64,000 nt of DNA from Isurus oxyrinchus (lineage: Eukaryota): positions 6,448,001 through 6,512,000 of the forward strand of contig JANJGN010000034.1 of NCBI GenBank assembly GCA_026770705.1, in the 5' to 3' direction. This document shows positions 27,250-40,149 of this stretch, in pieces (positions within the stretch are counted from its first letter, which is position 1; each line of letters starts with the position of its first letter). The notes beneath the pieces were generated by a model. That model saw only the letters and a list, made by a program, of their open reading frames with translations, did no database searches and was not told the origin of the DNA. Position numbers and translations under genes: made by a program.

Positions 27250-27900
27250 AGTATAGAGAAAATCACTACCTGGGATATCAGAACTTCAGTGCTGTCCCAT
27301 CATATAAGGCTTCGCACCATGGAGATGATGCGTGACCTGGTCGCGATATCCAGCATGCCATTAAAATTAAAAACTATATTGTATTCCGAATCCAAACAGG
27401 AATGTTTAAAGCAGCAAATTCAAACAACATTAGAACCAGGATTGATCCAGGGGCTGAGATACTCTTCAGAGGATTCATCGACTACGGCATGCTTTTGTCG
27501 CCAAAGTACTGATACTGCTTCTCCATTTGAATTTCTGGCCTTTGCTATCTCCAAGGCTATTGACTTTAAATGGGATGATCAGATATTGTCAAATTGTCGA
27601 GTCTTAAATATTGAAATGCTGTTCAGGGGCTATGTTACTTATGCATAAGGCATAGATTTTGCGCACATTATTTATTGCTTACTCAATATGCCCAACAGGA
27701 CTGAAAAAGTGCCAAGATGGTAAGCCACTGAAGAAACAATTGCATTTCAGTGAGAAATTGCGTGAAAGTCTGCTGTGGTGTTACCATCGAAGTTTGCAGA
27801 ATATATCACTAGATGCCTATGTCCAGCTATAATGTAAAAGGATGAAGGTCAGCATTTACTGATCACACACTGCATGTTGCCAGCCAGTACTGTTGACGGA
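27250..27900 (-). mobile_element. Decayed LINE RT fragment (second family); paralog of 43300-43920
   Basis: Aligns without gaps to 43402 onward, whose minus frame reads NIPGDRNYQNMKWASGMSTVAAKARRSIGILWRVIHPL (compare ILGVTIHQKLNW..IRNVVTRAVQRLRML at 8837-9094). Confidence 0.65.
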
Positions 27901-28059
27901 CTATTTTATCACCATCGTATATAAGGCTAAATTTCGCTTTGGTTATGCATGTGTATGTTTGTGTGTGTCTGTGTGTGTTTGTCTGTGTTTCTCTGAAAGT
28001 TCTTGTGTGTGTGTTTGTGCGCACATATGCAAGTGTGTTTATAAGATAAATGGCAGTGT

Positions 28060-29670
28060 CATAGAAATATAGAAAATAAGAGCTGGAGAACTTCATTCCA
28101 CCCATCGGCTCTGCACTGCATGTCAATATGGTCATGATTGATCATCCATCAGAACACCATGGTCTCGCTCTCTTGCAATCACCCTTGACGTTTTCAGGGT
28201 GTATAGACCCACTTAATTCATTCTCAGTTCTATTCCCTGGCTTCAGATTCACAACATTCTGTGGAAGAGAATTCCATTGGATAACCACACTCTGAATGAG
28301 GACATTTCATCTCACCTCAGTCCTATACCTGCCCCATATCTTCACAGTCTAACAAATTGTTGTAGAATCCCCCCACAACATCTCCCATCCTTCCTGCCAA
28401 CTGTGGGGAATCTCAATCATGCCCCTACTCTGTAAAGCCCTGAGAAAATGATGCACATTTCAATGAGATTCCCCTTCATTCGTCAAAAATCCTGTGAGTA
28501 CTTGTTGTCTCAACCCACTTTCTCCTCATACAACAAAAATGCTATCCCATTAGTATCCATGGCGAAACTTCGATCTCCCTCCATGACATGTTTATCCAGC
28601 TCTTCGATAAGGGAACCAAAACTGCACATGGATACAATACAGAGGTCCTGCACATTTGAAGTAAGACATCCTTGCTCATCTACTCAAATGCACTTGCAAT
28701 AAATGACAAAATACCATTTTTGTTCTTAACCGATTGCTGAACATTCATGTTTGCTGTCAATGACTTGTGTACAAGGGCACTGAGGACCAACTGGTGATCA
28801 ACATTTAGCAACTTATCATGATTTAAATATTAATCTTGCATTCTGTTTTTTTTCCCCAGAGAAGTGTATAACTTTATAATTATCGACGTTATTCTGCTAT
28901 TGTCTAATTTTTGCCAACTCATGCAACTTGTCTAATTCGTCTTGAAAACTCATTGCAGCCTCTTTAATACGCACATTCCAAATTAGTTTTATATCATTGG
29001 TAAGCTAAGAGATATTGCATTGCGTTCCCCAAACATAGATATATGTTGTGAACAGCTGGGATCAAATCACTGATACCTGATGTGATGCACTGAGCACTGC
29101 CTGCAATTCCTGATAATAAATGTATTCTTATTCAGTGTTTCCTGCCCGTTAAGCAATTACTAATCAAGCCCAATATATTACCCCAATTGCAAGTGCTTTA
29201 TTGTTATGCATGAGCATCCTAAGAGGGATTTTAGCAAAGGTTTTTTGAGAACCCAATACACTACATTGACTTTCCCATCATTTCCACTATCTGTGTAATC
29301 AATAAACTGCTGCAGCTTTGCCATAAATAGTTTACCTTTGAAAAATCAATTTTGACCTTGTAAAATCTCATTCATATTTTCTTTGTGTCCTGTTCTCAGA
29401 TAATTTAGAACAGAGACTAGGATATTCTCGAAACGTTATCCTGCACTAACCGGTCAGTCTGTTTTATTTGCAGCCAGACTAATGCTTGATTCAGATATTT
29501 TGAACCAGTACCTATTCGCAACATTGCCCTGGCTCCATGCTTTTCCATCAACGTCATTACATCTTTTTACTTTTTGCCTATCCTTCAAAAATATGAAATA
29601 TCCATGGATATCAAGTTCCCAGCCATTGACAGCATAAAGACATGGCACTGTAATTGCAATCATATCGTCA
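28060..29670 (-). mobile_element. Decayed CR1 (3' end, RT, and a short endonuclease piece joined by an internal deletion)
   Basis: Antisense 3' terminus at 28060-28145 and RT sequence to about 29480. The minus ORF 29454-29873 contains WELDIHGYFIFLKDRQKVK, a CR1 endonuclease motif (W.LNI.GY..FRKDR). Confidence 0.8.
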
Positions 29671-31554
29671 CCATGTTTGTGTGTGTTTGTGTGTGTGTGC
29701 ATGTGCATTTGTCTGTCAATATGTGGGGGAGGGGTTTTACTTGTGTAGGGGCTTGAGTGGAATAACAACATGAAGGTCAGAGGAAGCCAAAGAGAAAGGG
29801 AAACAGATCGTAACGAAGGCATTTGTCTGCAAAACAGGAAGTTTGTAATCCAGACTTTCTTGCTGAGGCACAAGCGTTTGCAGTTGCCATCAAAAGGTTT
29901 TTACATCTTGAGCTCTCTTTTGCTCGGTACGAGGTTGAAATCTGCTGATTTGAGAAACCTGTAGTCATCTGTCCTAAGGGCCTTTTGCCAGATGATCTGT
30001 GTTAATACTCCCTCAAAAAACTAACGGAGTTTTTTCAACTTTGACCATGCCAATAAAGACATTTGTTATTTCCACCATTCCCAATTCATATCAATGTTCG
30101 TTATATATGAAAGGCCACATACAGAAGAACATAACAGAACCATAATTTGTGAGCAATGAATAGGCTACACATTCTTGATCTCCTTACTATCCTTGTACTT
30201 CTACTGGTCGCTCTCGGTTTTTCTATCGCTATCTAACTGCATGATGCACATCAGTAGCGTGTAATTAATTGCAGTTATGCACCATGGGAATTGAAGCACT
30301 CTTATGAGTTATCCAATAGGAATAATTTTGGGTGTCCCTCGTCAATGTTGAATCTAAAATTGAAATTAGCTGTCATTATGCTCTCATTATTGATTAATGA
30401 AAATTGAATGGTTGCAAATTATTCATTCGCTGTATTTATGCCTTGCTCCCAGAACTGAAAATGTGCAATGAGGGTATGGCTTGCAACCCTGTGTGAAATG
30501 GAGAGACTAAGTTACTAGAGTGGTGGTTCGAGCTGAAATATCCAAAGAGGCTTTTGGGCCTGAATAAATGAGGAACTATTTTTTTGCGGCTGATTGGAAA
30601 TTGCAGCGATTGTCGATGAAGCAAGAATGATATATAAGGATGGGTCTCGTTTTCACCAGAGAGGAAGTGAAAGAGTGATAGAGTGAAAGAGATGCCGGCA
30701 CCCAGTTTTACAAGGAGAGAGATATACATTTTTTTATTACTGGACTGACAGTAAGAAATGTACAAAACTAGTTTGACAGAAACGTCGGAAGGCAAAGATG
30801 GATTGAAAGGGAGCGAGTTAGAACATCATGGAAACGTTCAAACATTGTTCAGCAGAGGAAAAGAGGCAAAATTGCATTCACGTAGTGACAGCCGTCTGTC
30901 GAGAGAGAGGGAACGTGAGAGAGAGAGAGGGACAGAGAAGGAGAGATTGCTTGCTGCATCATCAAAACGCACAAACCTTTGATATGTGATAAAGAAACAT
31001 ATAATTAAACATTCAGAAGCATGACATTTATATAATTCTAACTACTGAGCATGTTTTGATTTAGACATGGATGGACAAATGGTGAGACAGATGCAATCAT
31101 AATCTGCTGCTAGCCGTTACCAAGGTGTAGGTTGAACCAGATGGTAGAAACATTTTTGATCAGAGTAAGTTGGATGTATGAAAAAAATTAATAATGCTCA
31201 CAGTTCAAAGCAATAACATGAATAATTTAAGATACATTAAACTGATGTGAGCTTTTGACAACATTTCTTTAAAACGAATTTTTGGTGCATGAAGGGACTG
31301 ACTTCTTTTGCAGTGGCAACATCGTATAGACAGAGAATCCGTTAGACGGAGTCCAGTTTGGTAAATTATCTTGATAGGCAGAAGGATAGGGACATACATA
31401 TGTCGATAGAGGGATCCACATACAAATTTAAACAGCAAAATAAAACATCATTCGCTTGAATGGCAGACAGGCACATACTTCATTAAGCATACAAAATGAG
31501 CAATATATTGTTCTTAATGCATGAAGAGAATAGAGTAATAGAGAAACGAGAGAG

Positions 31555-31628
31555 ACCGGGGCGGGGGGGGTGGGGGTGTGTGGTGGGGGGGGGGGGGGGG
31601 TGGGCGGGGGGGGGGGTGGAGAGGGAGC
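31555..31628 (+). repeat. Poly-G tract cluster (potential G-quadruplex)
   Basis: ggggcggggggggtgggggtgtgtggtggggggggggggggggtgggcggggggggggtggagaggg; at least 6 runs of G3 or longer. Confidence 0.85.
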
Positions 31629-33649
31629 GAAAGAGTTTGGGAGAGATTTAGAGACGAAATTATCAGATCTGTAACAATGAAAAATTTCAATGTATGTCAA
31701 ATGATGCAGTGAAAGATACGTAATCTGTAATATTGTAGCGTTTGCTTTGACATTCAATCGGAGATGAGTAGGTTAGGCTTCAGAGTTTAAAAGGAGAAGG
31801 CCACGCCAGGACAGATGGAGACAAAAAATGCAGGTAGAGTTCTGTATGTGTGTGAGATAAATGCAAAGGCAGGTGTGTAGCTTAGAAGCTGCATATCGTA
31901 TAAAAGATATATGATGTAACATGGGCATTGATAGGCAGAAAGACAAAGGATAAGTTTCACGTGCATCTATCAAGCGAGATCGAGTGATAATGATCAGCCG
32001 TTGGAAAAAAATGCACAAATGTTCACAGTGAACAAAGAAAGTTAAAACCGAAATGGATATGGGGATCAACATTCAATAGGCATTTACAATGAGTTACACG
32101 CATCGATAGGTGGATGAATGATAGATGGACAGAAATAATTATACACAAGCAACTTTAAGATTGAGGAGTGTCTGAAGAATATTTACTGTATTCATTCATG
32201 CCCAATAGATTTCACAGAGAAGGAAAACGGTAAGGCAGCAAGAGGAAAACCACGTATTTTGATGTGACATTTGGAAAAACTCTGCGTTGGTGGTGTGATC
32301 ATTTATTTCAGAACTTTCAGCAAGTTTTCTATGGAGAGCTATAGAGTTGAGGGGCCCTTCTTTGCCTTTGGCGTGAGAATTTTCATCATCATTAATTGCG
32401 AATGTTTGGTTAATTATCACTGATCTGTGTTAAATACTCATTTGTAATCGCAAGATCTCATGAGATTGTATGTGTTTCTGTTGTGCCCAGCAGTGCTTGA
32501 GAGATGCAAAAACGGGAATTAGGGCTGGAAAGAATTTGTTGATTTATCTGTGTCCTGGGGAGACAGGTTAAATGCTCGAGTATCCCCCTAAATTCGTGTA
32601 GCTGACATAAACCCACAATGTCTGAGCACTTGTAAATAGCTCTGAGCTCCTTCATTGCTGATCAGCAATTCCTCGGGTCATGATGAATGGACCAAGGATT
32701 AAAGTCTGATTGCATTCTTGGAAGGAAAAATACCATGCGTTGTGTTGGAAATATTTATTTCTATGCTTGTTAAATTATGTTCTGAATTCCATTTAACTCT
32801 GGATGATTGCTTACATCCCAAGGCACTGCTCACTAATCATAAACTTGACAGTTACTAGGAGGCCAGTGATGATTAGTGAAGACTGGCAAAATTTGATTTT
32901 TTTCGACCCACTTAACCAGACGTATTTGTGATTAAATGGGGCATATGGATGCATCGCAGGCCAGAGGCGAACTGTTCTAAAAAGCCTAACGAGATCAGGC
33001 CCTGCCATTTAACATTATTCCAGTTGGTGCTTCAACTGGTGAGCTGTCTTTGCTCCACATTCATGCTGAACGACATTTAATCATACTGCGAGCCACTTGA
33101 TGGTCCGGATTTGTAATGCAGCAGTAGTTACTATGACGAAATTATTTGGATGCAGCATGACAATTCAACATGAAGAAATGGAATACGAACGTCTCCCGTT
33201 CTATACCCCATTATCTTTAGCAGACGGGCAGTGTAAGGCGTTTCCAGGAAAATAGAGAAATTCGTCCTGAAAAGTTTTTTTTTTTCCTCTTTTCATTTTC
33301 CAAGGGTTAATGTCCTGAATGTAAAGCAACTGCAAAATGTCTTCCGAGTAATTGACTAATTCCTTGGGGAAATATATCCTAAGCCTACAAACAACTATTT
33401 AACTTCCCAGTCAATGAGCTAAGTGTACATATGCAGGGGCTCAATAACAATTAATCAATACCTCAATGACGAATGCCCTGTCGAATCCTGGAAATTGGCG
33501 GCGGCTGGTGAGGTTTCCTGCATTGAAATAAAGTCCCAATTGTACTCTGTCATATATCAAATGGAGAATTAAGCAGCGGCACATTCAGACCATTGTGAAC
33601 GGGAGACGTCTTGAAGAATTACATACTTCATGGGAATAACTTTCAAAGC

Positions 33650-33970
33650 TAAATATAGTTATTTATGTAGTACTGTTAATGGCAAAAACTCTGAAAATTC
33701 TTCTCCAACGGATTGTCAAGTAGAATTTCCCAATCTTTCTAAAAGCCCGAAAAAAACCCTGCAAAATGAGCTATTTGCGAAGATTATGACAAGCTAAGCA
33801 GTGATCGTACTTTACATCGATTATCATGCAGGAGGAAGGGAGACAAAAAGTGTTGGAGATGTAGAAAGCGAATTCCCAAAATCGGAGCCTGAAAGCAGGG
33901 CTGCAATTGGCTAGAAAATTAAAGTCAGAGTTGTTCAAACGAGAAAGTTGGATAAATATTGAACTCTTGC
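33650..33970 (-). mobile_element. L2 3' end remnant (paralog of 54530-54855)
   Basis: gatgtagaaagcgaattcccaaaatcggagcctg...ttggataaatatt matches the paralog gaggtttagaaagctcattgccgagctcggacgctg...ttggataaatatt, which continues into an L2 RT in copy 3. Confidence 0.5.
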
Positions 33971-35099
33971 ATAGTTCTTAGCTGAGTATAATTGAGAAAG
34001 TGGGAAGTCATATCAGTTTCCAATTTCCTGAAGCACCGCTGTGGGCATAAACAGCAAGGAGTATGATTTATTTTTCGGCGCCTGCCGCCCTTTACCGCTG
34101 TGCATTAAAAATGAGTTTTTGCATCGTCCACTGACTCACAGATGAAGCATCGAGATCTCATATCTGATATGCAGCAGTATGATTCATATGCAGCATTATA
34201 ATTTTAAAATGTCATACACTCCACAGATATGCAATGTCGAGTCGGTATTGTCTCCCACAGAATTGGAACCCACGCAGTTGCCACGATGCAGGGCAAGCGA
34301 GCGTAATCCTAATATGTACCATGAGGGTTGTTCTGGCTTTTTCTCAGTAAAAATGAGTGTGAGCTGCTTCACAGGCCACCTCGTTTATGGATTGTATAAC
34401 AAACGGTTTTAGTATGTGTTTTTCGGTTATGAAACTTTGCACAAACATGCTATTTCCACTTGATCGCAAGCCCTTCTAATTTCCTCTCTATTGGTTCCCC
34501 TTCTGTTCAGCTGACGAATCTCGGGTTTGCACACGGTTTGTTTGCCAATAGAATGCAGTGCTTAGTCATACTGGCAGCAACCAACGCGTTTCTAGAGGTC
34601 ATCTTTAATATATTGAATATTCCCAAGACAGATTACATGACTAACATGAGACACAAGTTGTGATAAATACGACTAATTAGATATTTTTACAAACGATCAT
34701 AAGCTTTGTTAAATGAATCATTTTTAGCGTCTAAAACTTGGGAAGATTTTCTATATTCGGAGAGGTTTTGGGAAGGAATACAGGAATATATATTTTTTTA
34801 AATCCAGAGCACCAGACAAATATAGCTAATCGCTTCAAAATATTGGCAAAAAGTTCTCTGCACACACGTGGGATGTAATCTGAACGAACGATATTTTTAA
34901 AAAAAACAAAGTAAGAGAGTTGTACAGTTTCTTTCATCCTTTTGTGGTTTAATTCCATTTGAAGTCTTAAGAGAAAACATATGCTTAAAAGGATTATCAT
35001 TGGGTCTATCGCATTGTTCCAGCACCTACCACTTACTCACCTTTCTTTTTTTAGCCATACGGACAAAGTGAATAACTTGACATGTTTCTCTGTTTTTCT

Positions 35100-36750
35100 G
35101 CATTTGCCGTCATTTTACCCACTCGCCCCTCCATACCAGTTCATCCTGATTGCTGTAATCTGCAAATTTAGATGTATTGCACTCTGCCTATTTATCTAAA
35201 TCATTTCCATATATTGTAAAAAGCTGACGCTCAACACTGTTCATTGTGGAGCTCTTTTTATGGCTGCCTGACAACTTAAGAGTACGTTTACTCTGTTTTC
35301 TATGCAATTAGAAATCCACTATCAGTGCTGTTGGATTAGCCCAACCCCCTGTTTTCCTATTTTGCACGTTATCCGTTGGTGCTGAAGACTTAAGAATGTG
35401 TTCTGTAAATCTACGTCCAGAACCTATATGTTCCCCGTTTTATACAATAATAATTACAACTCCAAAGACGTATAATTGCTTCATGAAACAGGATTTCCTT
35501 TTTCTGAAACTAAATTGCCTTGTTCCTATGATATTATGCTGTCCCACAATCATTTGTTGAGATTTTCCTAATAATAGAGTGAAAAATTATCCAGGAACCG
35601 ATGTTAGGCTAACTGGCCTATGTTCATCATTTTTTCTCAATCCTGCTCTTCTTGAAAAGCGGTGCAAGTGTTGACAATTTACAATCTAGTGGCACTTTTT
35701 GCTGAATATAAATAATTTTCTGAATGTGATAGGTAACACAATATCTCTGCAGCTATCTCTGTCAGGACACAAGCGTGTAGACCATCAGGTGCCAGGGACT
35801 GTTCGGATTTTGGGCAGTTATATTTATCACTATTTTGCCTTTGCTGCTATTAATTTCCATAATATCCTTGCACTTTTCACCGGCAGAATGTCGTGCAATT
35901 CTGGAACAAACTTTTGTGAAGACAGATACAATATATTTGTTTAATCATATCTTTTGTGTCAATTTCTCAGGGAGGAAAATTTTACTTAAGTGTGCTATTC
36001 CCTTTCATGTACTCTGATATTTTTTGTTTCCCTTTGCTAAAAGAGTTGGTGGAGATTTGCTGGTATCTGAAACACTCCCCATATCTCTATTCATTTCTGT
36101 AAAATTATATGCCTGTTCTATTAACACAATGTTCTTCTTAACATCGCATTTGAGGCAGAGGTTACTATTGATTGCCCGGGTTTCGTTTTTCAATGCACTG
36201 TATTTTGTTGAACATTTTTAACTGTTTCATTTAACGTTGCACAGAGTTGACTTGCGTCTTTATGCTTCAGTCTTTAACCAATCACAATCAGCCTGTCCTC
36301 CTTTCACGTCCATTTAATTGGTCACTTCTTTGGTTTGAAGTGTTTGTTGTGATTGGAACATGCTGCTTTCATCCTTCACATAAAATTGAATGTTTTGATG
36401 ATCAATATTTCAAATTGGATCTTTCAACCTAACTTCACGGATTGAGCATATTCAGTAACACATTATTAGATGTAAGGTAGATTAATGCTTAGATAATTTC
36501 ACGGCACACGGTTCCAAGAATCTTTCATGCAAACATTCTAAAACTAATCTTCCCGCTCATTCTGGCCAATCAATTGTGACCGTTTAACTGAAGATTAACT
36601 GTTCCAAAAACAATCACACTTCCTTTGTTATAGCCTCCCACTATTTCTATTTTGTAATTATATTCCAACGGCATAACGACTGTTAAGGATACTCTGAGCT
36701 CCTCCCACCTATATATTCTGACTCCTGCAGTATCTAATTAATAGGCAGAG
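35100..36750 (-). mobile_element. Decayed CR1 ORF2 (endonuclease linker to RT); paralog of 45960-47640
   Basis: aaccgatgttaggctaactggcctatgttc is antisense of the (N)YRPVSLTSV motif, followed by cttcttgaaaagcggtgcaagtgttg, antisense of ANVTPLFKK. Confidence 0.8.
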
Positions 36751-36941
36751 ACCTGTTTGGGAAAATACAATTTTGAAACGAACAAGCTGTGTTCAAAAAT
36801 ATCGACAAATGGATTGAAAGATAGAGAGACATAAAATAAGCAAATGCCATATAGGTATCGTTGGAAACATTAGGGGGAAGCACATCAATCTGCGTTGAGG
36901 CAACAAAATGTTCTTTATGTTTTCAGCGCTGAGAGATAGCA

Positions 36942-37060
36942 TGTGTGTGTGTGTGTGTGTGTGTGTGTGGATGGGGGCGGGGTGGTGCAGTGAAGGGGGG
37001 GTTTGAGGGAGAGCGAGGGAGAGAAAAACTGAGAGAAAAAAAGAGACAGACAGAGTGAGG
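36942..37060. repeat. (TG)n, G-rich and (GA)n compound tract
   Basis: atgtgtgtgtgtgtgtgtgtgtgtgtgtggatgggggcggggtggtgcagtgaagggggggtttgaggggagagcgagggagag. Confidence 0.9.
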
Positions 37061-38554
37061 CCACATATATATTCATTAAAACACACACCAAGGGCATGCA
37101 TGTTTCACTTACAAATATTCGGTAAAGGCGTATGGCTTTTATGACCAAGAAAGGTGTGTTGTTCATCCCTAATTGGTCGTGACGACTTTGTGATGGACAG
37201 AATTTCTGATCTGCTTTTCTCATTTTCAGTAGGTATTCGTATTCTGTAATTCGTGATTGTGTTCCAAGACATAAACCAGTGACACCCAATAAATACCTTA
37301 TATTTATCAGCATCAAGGTGCTTTGGGAGTTGGTAAGGAATCTTCAGATGCCGTGATCTATTGTTGCATTTCAGATATTGGTAAGTCGTATTGAAAAGTG
37401 TAGATATAGACACACGTTGCTAGCGGACGTTTAATCTAGACAATCGTACAGTGAAAAAACTATAAACAGCGAGACTGAAGGACACTGGAAATGTAAACAG
37501 AGGAAGGAGATGGAAGGTTGAGGGACATGATTTACAGCAGCGGAAAGAACAAGTAAACGTAGATAGAGATGAAATGACACGAACAAAAACAGTAACATTT
37601 GGTTGTAGGGAAATACACATAGATTGAGAGAGAGAAAACTTACATGCATTCCTGAGTGGAAAGGAGAGAGGGAACTGCGATAGAATTACAGATAGATTTA
37701 GAATTATGCACACATAAAAATGGAGAGTCAAGGAAATATATATGTACTTCGACGGCCATTCAGTGCATAGAGCCAAGGGAGTTATTTGTGCTAGTGTAAA
37801 GGCTGAATTCAACCGTTCAGGGATGATTGCATTTATTCAGAGTGATTGTATTGGAATCATCATCCGGATGCAGAAAACAAAATATAAACTTTGAGGGGCA
37901 TTCGGCAGCGCAAAGGTGTGTCAGAGAACTCAAGTCAATGGCAGGTTCCAAAGACACATATACATATAATAATCGATGAATAATAGCTCGAAAAACAACT
38001 ATCCATTTTTCTGTTTAAGAAACTGATGAATAGAGAGACATTGTGACCGACTGATGAAATGATTGAGAATGCTTCAGAGCTCTTATTACAGACTGTATTA
38101 GCTGATTGGTTCATGCGCGGGTGGAAGAGAATGGCAATTCATGAAGCCAGAAGTTAAGGTAAAACCCATAGCCATAATTGTATAACCCAAAATTGATTGG
38201 AACTGAACTGATCGATTCGGCACTCTTTTTAAAGACGCTTGTAAGAGGAGTGGGCATAGACATTCCTCAGTCAACAAAGAATGTTGTAGGCAATTGTCGA
38301 AAAAAGATGTTTTGCTTTTCCTTTTCTTATTTCGGTCCCTGAAAAATGTTGAAACTACTCCTTTTTAATATGGAGAACAATGTCAAAGATTTTAGGACCT
38401 TTTAACAAGTGCTTCATTCCTGATTCAGCAATATGATTCACTTTTCTGCATGAAACGGGGTGAGTTCGGAAAACGGTTTGTGATTCAATTAGTCCAAATG
38501 AATGGATGGCGAGGGTGTGAATCATATTGACTCCAACATAGCTGATTTAATAAC

Positions 38555-38695
38555 ATAAAGAGCAAAATAATGCAGATGCTGTAAATCTGGAACAAAAAGA
38601 AAAAAAAATCTGGAGCTCTCAGCAGGTCTGACAGCATCTGCAGAGACAAAGACGGGGTTGAATTTTCGAGTGCCTATGACACTTCTTCAGAGGCT
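38555..38695 (-). mobile_element. Penelope-like terminal repeat with hammerhead-like core
   Basis: gcaaaataatgcagatgctgtaaatctgg...ctcagcaggtctgacagcatctg...ttttcgagtgcctatgacacttcttcag; the minus strand reads ctgaaga-agtgtcataggcactc-gaaa. Confidence 0.75.
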
Positions 38696-38829
38696 TATGC
38701 TGATGCCTTATTATTTTTTTTCTATAATTTATATCAATTACTTAGATGAGAGCAGTGACTAAAATTGGAGATTACACCAAGGTAGGTAGGAAAGTATGCT
38801 GTGGGGAAGACATGGAGATTTTCCAGGGT

Positions 38830-40142
38830 AATCCTGGATCCTGTGTTCAGGAAATGTTAAGCCTCAGCTCTTGACCTTGTGCAACAGGTACGAGTTATTG
38901 CTCCCTGTGTGGATGAGGAACAGGGATCCAGTGAGGATGAGCTAGCTGGCCACGGCACCATGACACAAGAGGCCATTCAAGAGGGGGGTTCAAAAAGATA
39001 AGTGGTATGTTGAGGATTCTATAATTATGGGAATTGATAACATCGTTTGCAGGCAGGATCGATAGTCCCCTGTAGTGTGTTGCCTGCACTGTGCCAGGGT
39101 GAGGGAGATCTCTGACCAGATTGAAAGGATTTTGGAGACAGAGGGGGATGGTCCAGTTGTTGTGGTCCACGTGGTGTCAAATTACACAGGTAAGATTAGG
39201 AAAGAGGACCTGCTTAGCGATTATCAGGAATTCAGAACTAAATTAAATAACAGGTCCTCAAGGTTTAATGTATCCAGATTACTACCCAAGTCACTTGCAA
39301 ATTGGCAAATTGACACGAGAAAAAGGGAAGTGAACGCGTAGCTAAAGGAGTGATGTTGGCAAGATGGGTTCCGTTTTGTGAGGAACTGGCATCAGTATTG
39401 GAAAAGGACGCATCTGTAACATTGGGATGGCCTTTACCTAAACCGATCTGGGACCAATGATCTAGTGAAAAGCATAACTAGGGTGGTCAACAGCACTTTA
39501 AACTAAAAAGTGTATGGAAAGGGAAGGGTAAAATTTCAAGAAGTATGTCTAATGGGAAACAATGCAGCAGGTTAATATTCGGCCCTGGTGAGACCATATG
39601 TAAAATATTGTGAGCAACTTTGGGCCCCGTATCTCAGTAAGCATGTGCTGGACCTGGAGAGGGTCCAGAGTAGTTTCACGAGAATGATCCCAGAAATGAA
39701 AGGCTCAATATATGGTGAACGTTTGAGGACTCTGGGTCTTTAGTGGGTGTAGTTTTGAAGGATAAGGGGTGATCTGATTGAAACTTACAGAATACTGAAA
39801 GGCCTGGATAGAATGAATGTGGGGTATATGTTTCCATTAGAAGTAGAGGGTAGGACCCGTACGCTCAGATTCTGCAAGACCTTTTAGAACAGAGATGAGC
39901 AGATACTTCTTTATCCAGCGACTGGTGAATCTATGAAATTCATTGCCACAGAAGGCTATGGAGGACACGCAATTGAGTGTATTTAGGACTGAGATAGATC
40001 GGTTCTTGATTGGTAAGGGGATCAAAGGTTGTGGGGAGAAGGCATGAGAATGGCGCTTAAAAACTTAACAGCCATGTTTGAATGGTGGAAAAAAACTCGA
40101 TGGGCCGAAGGCCTAATTTCTGCTCCTATGTCGTATGGCCTG
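38830..40142 (+). mobile_element. Younger CR1 insertion, internally deleted (ORF1 esterase region fused to RT C-terminus and 3' end)
   Basis: ORF 39075-39341 CCLHCARVREISDQIERILETEGDGPVVVVHVVSNYTGK resembles the CR1 ORF1 SGNH-esterase (CLPGARV.DI...VVVHVGTND). At about 39575 it switches to ggccctggtgagaccata...gagagggtccagag and ends gggccgaaggcctaatttctgctcctatgtcgtatggcc. Absent from the paralogous site near 24120. Confidence 0.85.
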
Positions 40143-40149
40143 AAGGTCT

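Larger units (their letters stand above)
22700..36750 (+). repeat. Segmental duplication copy 1
   Basis: Collinear anchors with copy 2: gcttcagagct (23349/38071), cagcaatatgattca (23704/38426), gattgtccgagcaattgccatt (about 25844/41896), ttgtattccgaat (27379/43402) and gatgttaggctaact (about 35600/46457). With copy 3: ttggaaggaaaaa (about 32718/53580) and aagcctacaa (33381/54251). Confidence 0.9.

Noticed and set aside
27208-27648. 146-aa + strand ORF with an in-frame paralog at 43402
   Set aside because: It is antisense to a decayed LINE RT, the paralog has a stop, and substitutions show no third-position bias.
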